This document shows, piece after piece, positions 56,657 through 64,000 of a DNA stretch of 64,000 nucleotides (its first letter is position 1; every line of letters begins with the position of its first letter). The DNA comes from Spirochaetota bacterium. Its GTDB lineage: Bacteria > Spirochaetota > UBA4802 > UBA5550. A program made the translations under genes and the position numbers. Location: contig OY760686.1 in the NCBI GenBank assembly GCA_963663865.1, positions 1,824,001 through 1,888,000 of the forward strand, in the 5' to 3' direction. Below the pieces are notes generated by a model, which was not told where the DNA came from, searched no databases, and saw nothing but the letters and a program-made list of their open reading frames with translations.

Positions 56657-57625
56657 ATGTCAGAGCATATCCTGGAAATTGATGATGTATCGCTGTGCCG
56701 CCGTATTTGCGGTAAGAATGACACTAACATAAGGATTATTGAGTCACTGCTTGGAGCCGTCATAATACCGAGAGGCAATTCCTTTATTGTCAGGGGAGAG
56801 GGAGAGGCGCTTGACAGGACTTTACAGGCGCTCCATCTTCTCAGCGATTTTCTTCATGAACGCGAAGAAGAATATGAATTTTCAGAATTCGATTTAAGGT
56901 ACATAGCCGACTCTCTCGTAAAAGGGAAAAAGATTAGGCCTTCAGAGCTTGGCCGCCTCAAGTTCTTCTTCAAAGAGAAGAAACGGACGATAGTGCCTAA
57001 AACGGCTAATCAGGCGGCATATATAACATCCATTCATGAGAACCCTGTGACGTTCGGTATAGGCCCGGCCGGTACCGGAAAAACATACCTTGCGGTAGTG
57101 GTTGCTCTATACTACTTTTTGAAAGGCAGTGTTGACCGACTTGTTCTTACAAGGCCCGCTGTTGAAGCCGGAGAAAGCCTCGGTTTCTTACCGGGAGATC
57201 TCGCAGAGAAGATTAACCCTTATCTCAGACCTCTATACGATGCTCTTTTCGACCTCATGCCGCCTGAGAGGATTGCACGGCTGATAGAAGACGGCAGAAT
57301 TGAAATAGCACCTCTTGCGTATATGCGCGGTAGAACGCTTAACAGATCAGTAATCATCCTTGACGAAGCTCAGAACACAACAAGGTCTCAAATGAAAATG
57401 TTTCTGACACGACTGGGAGAGAGTTCAAAATTCATTATAACTGGCGATGTTACGCAGATTGACCTGAACAAGTCATCGGATTCGGGGCTGCTTCATGCGA
57501 TAAAAATATTAAAAAACATTGACGGAATCAGTTTTAATATGTTTAATATAGAGGATATTTCGAGGCATCCAGTCGTGCAGAAAATAGTTACAGCTTACGA
57601 GGAATCAGCAGAAGCTGGCCGGTAA
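56657..57625 (+). CDS. phoH: PhoH-like ATPase
   Basis: GPAGTGKT, TRPAVEAGE, LGFLPGD, YMRGRT, DEAQN, GDVTQID. Confidence 0.95.
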   Translation: MSEHILEIDDVSLCRRICGKNDTNIRIIESLLGAVIIPRGNSFIVRGEGEALDRTLQALHLLSDFLHEREEEYEFSEFDLRYIADSLVKGKKIRPSELGRLKFFFKEKKRTIVPKTANQAAYITSIHENPVTFGIGPAGTGKTYLAVVVALYYFLKGSVDRLVLTRPAVEAGESLGFLPGDLAEKINPYLRPLYDALFDLMPPERIARLIEDGRIEIAPLAYMRGRTLNRSVIILDEAQNTTRSQMKMFLTRLGESSKFIITGDVTQIDLNKSSDSGLLHAIKILKNIDGISFNMFNIEDISRHPVVQKIVTAYEESAEAGR

Positions 57626-59904
57626 TGAATACCTTTCTATCATCATATTCCGAAAAAATCAAAATACAGCTAAGAGAACGAAAGTTTATCTATTCACTGT
57701 TGTGCAGCTTCGGCCTGATTGCGCTTTCAACCCTGATTCTATCAATGCACAATTCAGGGGAAACGTACAGTTATTCGGTTGGGGATATTGCCAGTGAGGA
57801 GATACGCGCTTCCCGTGACATAGTATACTCAAAAGAATCTGAAACAGAATATAAGAAAAACCGTATTTCCCAGAGCGTACCTCTTGTTTTTGACCGCGAT
57901 CTCGCTGTTCTTGATGGAAGACTGAAGCTGATTGATCAGCTTTTCAGGCATGTTAAATCGGCCAGCGATGAGGCTGACAGGGCTTCTATATATTCCAAAC
58001 CTTACAGAGTAATGCTGCTCGGATCAAGGCTGCCTAAATATCTGCAGTTTAACAGGGATGTGCTCACAGAGCTTGTATCCTATGGAGATACCGAACAATT
58101 AAAAAGGGTAATATCTCAAACGCTTATTCAGATATATGACAATAGAGAAGTAAGCATCCTCGAAGAACCATACCGCAACCCTTTAAAGCTTGAAAACAAG
58201 AACATATCAATAAGGATAATCGACAATTCAGGAAGCGAAGAGATATCCGGCATAGTCGAAGACCTTTATACGGTTCCGGAAATAGCGAAGCGTGTACAGC
58301 CCATCGTTAATTCAATAGCACCGGGCCTTGAACAGTCAGCGAGTGAGGCCGTAAATAGAATTGTTATATCCACTTTAAAGCCAAATACGGTTTTTAACAG
58401 GGATGAGACTGAAAGGCGTATTGCAGAAGCCACCAAAAGTGTTAAAAATGTAGTCGGGGTTCTAAAAAAAGGCCAGATCATCGCGAGAGAAGGCGATACA
58501 ATAACTCTTGAGCGGCTCGGCAAAATCGGCATTATTAACAAAAGCGCTGAGTCTTCTAATATCAGCTATGTACTGGGTGTTTTTGTTGTTCAGCTGATCT
58601 TTCTCTTTTTATTAAGGCTGTTTTTTGTCGGCTATGAAAGGGTGCTTGTCCCGGACAAGAAGTCGTCGATGATAGTGTTTATCCTTCTTACTGGTTTCAT
58701 GATTTTTTCGTATGTAATAATGCAGGCAGATTCAGTTAGAACATCGGGATTATATCTTGCTTTGTTTTTTCCCATTCCATTTATAGCTATGATGATAGGG
58801 GTGCTGTACAATATTTTTCTCGGGCTCATAATGAGCCTTCATATGATTTTCTTTACAGCAATGATTACAAATGGAGATGTAGCAAGCATTCTTATCGCGG
58901 TAGCCTCCGCTGTAGCAGGTGTCTTCGTAAACCAGAATGTTCATCGGCGAACAGATTTTCTAAAAGGCGGTTTTTTTATTGGACTTATTAACTCAATCGT
59001 TGCGCTGACTCAGGTTTTAATTCAGGAACAGACACTTAATTTTGCAGTGATGAACATAGAGCTTGCGATGGCAAGCGGCATGATCTGCTCAATTCTTGCG
59101 CTTGGATTATTCCCGCTCTTTGAGGGCGTATTTGATGTAACAACAAGGTTCAAGCTGCTCGAGCTTGCCGATCTTAACGCTGATATTTTCAAGAAGATGC
59201 TTCTTGAAGCCCCTGGAACGTATCATCATTCTCTAATTGTGTCCAACATGGCTGAAACCGCATGCAAAGATATAAAGGCCGATCACCTTCTCGCGAGGGT
59301 GGGAGCTTTTTATCACGATATTGGTAAAATTGAAGATGCCGGGATGTACATAGAAAACAAGGTTACTGATCCGAGGGCAAAGACACTGTCGCCTAAGTAT
59401 TATTCAAAGCTCATTATATCCCATGTCGACAAGGGGATCAAGCTCGCGCATCAGCATAAGCTTCCTCAATCGGTAATTGACTTTATTCAGGAACACCACG
59501 GCCAGACAACCATGTCATTCTTTTATCACAAGGCTCTTGAAACGGCTTCGGAAAGCGACAACGACGAGGAAGTTGACAAGGCGGAATTCCAGTATCCAGG
59601 CCCTAAGCCGTCAAGCAGAGAGACTGCTGTCGTAATGCTTGCTGATGCGATTGAGGCTGCTTCAAGATCCATTCAGGACCCTACACAGCTCAAGCTTGAA
59701 GGGCTTGTAACAAAAATAATATATAATAAACTGAATGAGGGCGAACTCGAGAACACTCCGCTCTCAATGACAGACCTCAATGTCATAAAAAATTCATTTC
59801 TCAGCATACTTAACGGCATATATCACACGAGAATTGAGTATCCTGAAACGGACGATGTGCAGCGTCTCGAAGAAAGGCTGAAACAGAGAGAGACGGTCAG
59901 CTGA
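57625..59904 (+). CDS. 7TM-HD (PgpH/YqfF-like) cyclic-di-AMP phosphodiesterase
   Basis: Extracellular domain, 7 TMs, APGTYHHS, YHDIGK, IISHV, EHHG, YPGPKP, MLAD..EAA. Confidence 0.9.
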   Translation: MNTFLSSYSEKIKIQLRERKFIYSLLCSFGLIALSTLILSMHNSGETYSYSVGDIASEEIRASRDIVYSKESETEYKKNRISQSVPLVFDRDLAVLDGRLKLIDQLFRHVKSASDEADRASIYSKPYRVMLLGSRLPKYLQFNRDVLTELVSYGDTEQLKRVISQTLIQIYDNREVSILEEPYRNPLKLENKNISIRIIDNSGSEEISGIVEDLYTVPEIAKRVQPIVNSIAPGLEQSASEAVNRIVISTLKPNTVFNRDETERRIAEATKSVKNVVGVLKKGQIIAREGDTITLERLGKIGIINKSAESSNISYVLGVFVVQLIFLFLLRLFFVGYERVLVPDKKSSMIVFILLTGFMIFSYVIMQADSVRTSGLYLALFFPIPFIAMMIGVLYNIFLGLIMSLHMIFFTAMITNGDVASILIAVASAVAGVFVNQNVHRRTDFLKGGFFIGLINSIVALTQVLIQEQTLNFAVMNIELAMASGMICSILALGLFPLFEGVFDVTTRFKLLELADLNADIFKKMLLEAPGTYHHSLIVSNMAETACKDIKADHLLARVGAFYHDIGKIEDAGMYIENKVTDPRAKTLSPKYYSKLIISHVDKGIKLAHQHKLPQSVIDFIQEHHGQTTMSFFYHKALETASESDNDEEVDKAEFQYPGPKPSSRETAVVMLADAIEAASRSIQDPTQLKLEGLVTKIIYNKLNEGELENTPLSMTDLNVIKNSFLSILNGIYHTRIEYPETDDVQRLEERLKQRETVS

Positions 59905-59905
59905 A

Positions 59906-60361
59906 ATGGTGAATGTTTTATATGAGTCAGCCGAAATTGATGATAGTGACGGAGTATTGGAATCTGACTTAATTTACTGGACGGCCGCAACAGTAGAATT
60001 GGTGCCGGACGCGCCATCATCAATAACTATAATAATTACAGACGACGCCTTTATAAGAAAGCTGAATTCAGAATACAGGTCAAAGGATTATCCCACCGAC
60101 GTGCTTAGCTTCCCTGCCGATGATAATGACCAGAGTGGTCTGGAATTCGAATGCGAAGAAAGCTGTGTTCCGGGGGAGGTGTACATCTCCATTGACACGG
60201 CGAGAAGGCAGGCTGTAGAATTCGGGGTTACGGTAAGGGACGAGGTAAAACGCCTTCTGATTCACGGGCTGCTGCACTTATCCGGGTACGACCACGAAAG
60301 GTCTGCTGAAGATGAGAGGATAATGTCCGGGATGGAAGACCTCATCCTCTCAAAGATTTGA
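59906..60361 (+). CDS. ybeY: rRNA maturation endoribonuclease YbeY
   Basis: LNSEYR..PTDVLSF, HGLLHLSGYDH. Confidence 0.95.
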   Translation: MVNVLYESAEIDDSDGVLESDLIYWTAATVELVPDAPSSITIIITDDAFIRKLNSEYRSKDYPTDVLSFPADDNDQSGLEFECEESCVPGEVYISIDTARRQAVEFGVTVRDEVKRLLIHGLLHLSGYDHERSAEDERIMSGMEDLILSKI

Positions 60362-60366
60362 CGGTC

Positions 60367-62118
60367 CTATTTTATAAAAACTTCCATCGCTTCTTTCAGA
60401 CTCATAATGTTTTTTTCCAGTTCAGTCTTTTTATCAGCAAGGCTGTCTTTGTCAGCCTGAGCGTTGACGCTGAAATAGAATTTAATCTTAGGTTCTGTAC
60501 CGGACGGCCTTAGAGTCAGAAGAGAGCCGTCATCAAGCGTAAACTGAATTACGTCCGAAGGCGGAAGCTTTATGGAATTCATGCTTTTCTCTCCGTCAGA
60601 AAGAGTAATGCCGGTAAGGTAGTCCCTTACAACGCGGACTTTTTTGCCGCAGAAGTCTGCTGGAGGGTTCTTTCTCATCCTCGACATTATGCTTTTGATT
60701 ATTTCCACTCCGTCGCTACCCTTCAGCGTGACCGAGTGCAGGTCTTCAAGATACAGGCCAAACTTTAGATACACCTCATCAAGATAGTCCCCGACGGTCA
60801 TATTGCGCGATTTGAGATAGGCCGCCATTTCCACAAAGCAGCAGCACGACGCAACTGCATCCTTGTCGCGGACTCTTGAATGAGGAAGATAACCGAAGCT
60901 TTCTTCGCCGCCGAAGACGAATTCAAAGCTGCCTTCCTCCTCGTATGAATGTATCTTGTCGGCAATCCATTTGAATCCTGTCAGAACATCTTCAATATGA
61001 ACTTCGAAATAATCAGCGATTTTCCGCTGAAGCTCAGTTGTAACAATAGTCTTGACGACGGCAGCGTTTTCGGGCAGTCTTTGTTCCTCGCTCATTCTGG
61101 AGAGCATGTAGTATTCAAGAAGGCTTCCCGTCTGGTTGCCGTTAAGCAGCATATACTTGCCCTCTGCGTTCCTGTATGCTATCCCCATTCGGTCGGTGTC
61201 AGGGTCGGTTCCGAGAACAATGTCGGCATTGATCTTTTCCGCGAGCTCAATCGCCAATGAAAGGGCTTCTCTTTCCTCCGGATTTGGAGATTTAACAGTA
61301 GGGAAGTTGCCGTCAGGAACAGCCTGTGAAGGCACGATAGTAATATTTTCAAAGCCAAGCTTACGCAGGGATTCGGGAACGGCTCTATATCCTGTTCCAT
61401 GAATCGGGGTGTACACGATGCTGATGCTCATATCCATATCAGCCGAACTCGAAACCAGTGAAAGCTCATCTGTGTAAGAGTTGAGCATCTCATCGCCTAT
61501 AATCGAGATTTGACCTGATTCAACGCACTCATCAAACTCGATCTTCTTAATGGACTGGATGTCCTGAATCTTTCTGACCTCGCTTATTATTCCCTCGTCA
61601 TGAGGCGGAACTATTTGGGCCCCGTCGGACCAGAAGACCTTGTAGCCGTTATATTCAGGAGGATTATGGCTCGCGGTAATTACAACGCCGAATCCCGCTC
61701 CGAGCCTGCGTATTGCGTATGAGGCAAGCGGAATCGGGGCAATATCATCCAGAAAAAAAACCTTTATTCCGTTGGCGGCAAGAATGGAGGCCGTTTCCTG
61801 AGCGAATTCGAGGGAAAGCCTGCGTGAATCTCGGGCTATGACTGCGCTTTTAGCTCCGCTGCAGGCTTTCTTAACGTAGTTCGCGAGCCCCTGGCTTGCC
61901 ATCCCGACAGTGTAGATGTTCATTCTGTTGATGCCGGCGCCTATAACGCCCCTCAGCCCGCCTGTTCCAAATTCAAGCTGGCGGTAGAAGCGGTCGTTAA
62001 GCTCCTTCCAGTCTTCAATGTCAATAAGCCGCTTTATTTCAGCAACAGTGGCGTCATCAAATGGAGGCTGTGTCCATACTTCGATAACTTTGCCGATTGT
62101 CTGGTCAATGCTGTTCAT
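60367..62118 (-). CDS. pgm: Phosphoglucomutase/phosphomannomutase
   Basis: FGTGGLRG, TASHNP, DPDTDR, GEESFG, RPSGTEPKIKFY. Confidence 0.93.
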   Translation of the reverse strand: MNSIDQTIGKVIEVWTQPPFDDATVAEIKRLIDIEDWKELNDRFYRQLEFGTGGLRGVIGAGINRMNIYTVGMASQGLANYVKKACSGAKSAVIARDSRRLSLEFAQETASILAANGIKVFFLDDIAPIPLASYAIRRLGAGFGVVITASHNPPEYNGYKVFWSDGAQIVPPHDEGIISEVRKIQDIQSIKKIEFDECVESGQISIIGDEMLNSYTDELSLVSSSADMDMSISIVYTPIHGTGYRAVPESLRKLGFENITIVPSQAVPDGNFPTVKSPNPEEREALSLAIELAEKINADIVLGTDPDTDRMGIAYRNAEGKYMLLNGNQTGSLLEYYMLSRMSEEQRLPENAAVVKTIVTTELQRKIADYFEVHIEDVLTGFKWIADKIHSYEEEGSFEFVFGGEESFGYLPHSRVRDKDAVASCCCFVEMAAYLKSRNMTVGDYLDEVYLKFGLYLEDLHSVTLKGSDGVEIIKSIMSRMRKNPPADFCGKKVRVVRDYLTGITLSDGEKSMNSIKLPPSDVIQFTLDDGSLLTLRPSGTEPKIKFYFSVNAQADKDSLADKKTELEKNIMSLKEAMEVFIK

Positions 62119-62318
62119 ATATTCTCCACTAAATAATGTCCTGCCCGGTATCAAATCAATGTCCGGGGCAGATGAGTTTTTGTAAATTAAATGATAACTT
62201 TATATTCTATAATCTCAGCGTTAAGCGTTCAAGAACTTTTTGTTATTGATTTAATGAGGTGGAGTTATTTTTATTAATGTTGAAAGTACAGCTAATGCTG
62301 AGTTTTTTTCGGGGGGAA

Positions 62319-63749
62319 ATGGACGCTCAGAAAGACATTGTTGAAGCGGTGAGACAGACTGTGTTGGATTATGCTATGTTTGAAGCGGGTGACACTATTC
62401 TTCTCTCCATGTCGGCAGGGAAGGACTCCATGGCCATGCTCGACATATTATTCAGGCTCAGCCCTGAATTCGGGATAAGCCTCGGAATATATCACCTCAA
62501 TCACCTGACGCGTGGAGCCGATTCGGACGCTGATGAGGAGTTCGTAAGGGCTGCGGCAGAGCGTTACGGGCTTCCTCTGACAGCAGAGAGGCATGATTTC
62601 AGCGGAATATCCGGATCATTCGAAGAGAGAGCAAGAGAATACCGCTATGCGAGGCTTAAGGCCCTATGCCGCGAAAAGGGATATTCAAAGGCGGCCACAG
62701 CGCACAATCTTAACGACAACGCTGAAACGGTTTTAATGAGGCTTTTCAGAGGAACCGGGCTTCATGGCCTTGCAGGAGTACCTTACACTCGAAATGATAT
62801 CATCATAAGGCCGCTGCGCCGCCTTTCAGTTAGCGACATACTCCAATACCTGAAGGCAGAAAACATCAGATGGCGTGAAGATGCAAGCAACGGTGACATA
62901 AGCTACACCAGAAACCATATCCGTCATTCTGTCATGAATAAAGCGCTTGAGAGGTTTCCATCAGCCCTTAATGCAATCGAAAAGCTCGGAGGCATAAGCC
63001 GTGATTACTTAAGCCTCATTGACAGGCTTATAAGCGGTAAATATGGCGAGCTTGTCAGGACTGACTGCAAAAATGGGGATGTTGTTGTTGATATCAGCAA
63101 TTTATGCAGGGATAGAGCTTTGTTCTGTCACGTTGCTGCGTCTGCTCTTCGAGAAAGCCTGGGGGAGTACGTCAGTTACAATCTGCTTGAGGATATATGG
63201 GAAAAAAGCGTTTCGTCATCCTCTCATGTGCGGATTATTGATAAACCGGGGCTTTCAATTATTAAGACCATTGAGGAGGGAATTACAGTTTTAAAGATTT
63301 CCAGAGTTGGAACTTTTTACTCCGAACATGTATCTTACCTTTACAGCATGCCGCTTAAAGAACTGCCTTTCGATGTGAATGTTCAGGAATACGGTTACAG
63401 GCTTCGTTTTCAACTTAAGGAAGATGCCGCTGTTGATCTGTGCCGGGTAAAGGAAGGGGGAGACAGGCGTATTTTTGTAACAATAAGGCCCGGTGACACC
63501 TATATTAATGTTAGAAGCAGGAAAAACGGCGATAGGATTAAAGCGGGGGGGCATACGAAAAAAATAAAGGATATATTCATAAATTCAAAATTGAATCCCA
63601 TCGAAAAAAATAAAATTCCTATCATAGACATTGACGGCGAGACAGTTGCTATTATTGGCTTTTATGACGAATATTTAGAAAGCACTGTGTCAAATGACAG
63701 ATATGCTGAAGTAGGGAAAGAAAAAATACTTGAGATAAGCAGGCTTTAA
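62319..63749 (+). CDS. tilS: tRNA(Ile)-lysidine synthetase
   Basis: SAGKDS, NHLTRG, AREYRY, AHNLNDNAET, IRPL, EDASN, RNHIR; C-terminal KKIKD. Confidence 0.94.
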   Translation: MDAQKDIVEAVRQTVLDYAMFEAGDTILLSMSAGKDSMAMLDILFRLSPEFGISLGIYHLNHLTRGADSDADEEFVRAAAERYGLPLTAERHDFSGISGSFEERAREYRYARLKALCREKGYSKAATAHNLNDNAETVLMRLFRGTGLHGLAGVPYTRNDIIIRPLRRLSVSDILQYLKAENIRWREDASNGDISYTRNHIRHSVMNKALERFPSALNAIEKLGGISRDYLSLIDRLISGKYGELVRTDCKNGDVVVDISNLCRDRALFCHVAASALRESLGEYVSYNLLEDIWEKSVSSSSHVRIIDKPGLSIIKTIEEGITVLKISRVGTFYSEHVSYLYSMPLKELPFDVNVQEYGYRLRFQLKEDAAVDLCRVKEGGDRRIFVTIRPGDTYINVRSRKNGDRIKAGGHTKKIKDIFINSKLNPIEKNKIPIIDIDGETVAIIGFYDEYLESTVSNDRYAEVGKEKILEISRL

Positions 63750-63816
63750 CCTGATCATGACATGAACCGCTTTGTACTATGGCAGCTGAAAAGCGGTCTG
63801 AAACCAGGAGAATATA

Positions 63817-64000
63817 ATGAATAAAACAGTTAAGCAGATTGCTCTGATACTGCTTGTGGGACTTTTAGTCCTGGCAGTATTCCAGGTCAATCAGACCGGT
63901 AAGGATGACCGGCAGATTAAATACAGCGATTTTCTGAAAAAAGTTGAAAACAACGAAATAGGCAGCGTAACGATTGAAAACAACAGGAAAATTTCAGGCT
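63817..64000 (+). CDS. ftsH: ATP-dependent zinc metalloprotease FtsH, N-terminal fragment truncated by the window edge
   Basis: MNKTVKQIALILLVGLLVLAVF...IKYSDFLKKVENNEIGSVTI; AGGAG RBS; directly follows tilS. Confidence 0.8.
   Translation, partial: MNKTVKQIALILLVGLLVLAVFQVNQTGKDDRQIKYSDFLKKVENNEIGSVTIENNRKISG

Noticed and set aside
1-64000. CRISPR arrays, IS/integrase/prophage genes, defence systems, rRNA/tRNA, selenocysteine read-through or frameshifted pseudogenes
   Set aside because: None seen. Long ORFs appear full-length for their families, and intergenic gaps are short with no regular repeats.

Overview
A 64-kb, densely coding chromosomal window from a diderm, motile, probably anaerobic bacterium. 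Spirochaetota is an inference from the MotAB style, FliL, sigma28-type promoters, TonB/Omp85 genes and an Hnd/Hyd-type operon. I found no rRNA, tRNA, CRISPR, phage or IS elements. Left to right it holds: the start of a hndABC/hydCDB-type NAD(P)-linked operon running off the left edge; c-di-GMP phosphodiesterases, motAB and an MCP; an iron/metal uptake locus in which exbB-exbD-tonB and a CxxC TonB-dependent receptor sit inside feoA-feoB...feoC, with a repeated GTTAG-N6-CTAAC-like operator; a large PAS/GAF hybrid kinase; metY-cysK-rrf2; an RsmG-TrmH fusion plus a divergent HPRT; LysM/M23 and TPR genes; aguAB-fliL-omp85; pgk; two tandem acyl-CoA synthetases; alsT; a CZB chemoreceptor; speA-CASDH-nspC; STAS; HU; plsB-plsC; aspS-phoH-pgpH-ybeY; pgm; tilS; and the start of ftsH. 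The best candidates for undescribed biology are the Feo-embedded TonB uptake system with its operator, the convergent MCP/EAL pair sharing a cytoplasmic C-terminal PDC sensor, the structured aspS leader and the RsmG-TrmH fusion. All calls come from reading motifs by eye; no database searches were run.
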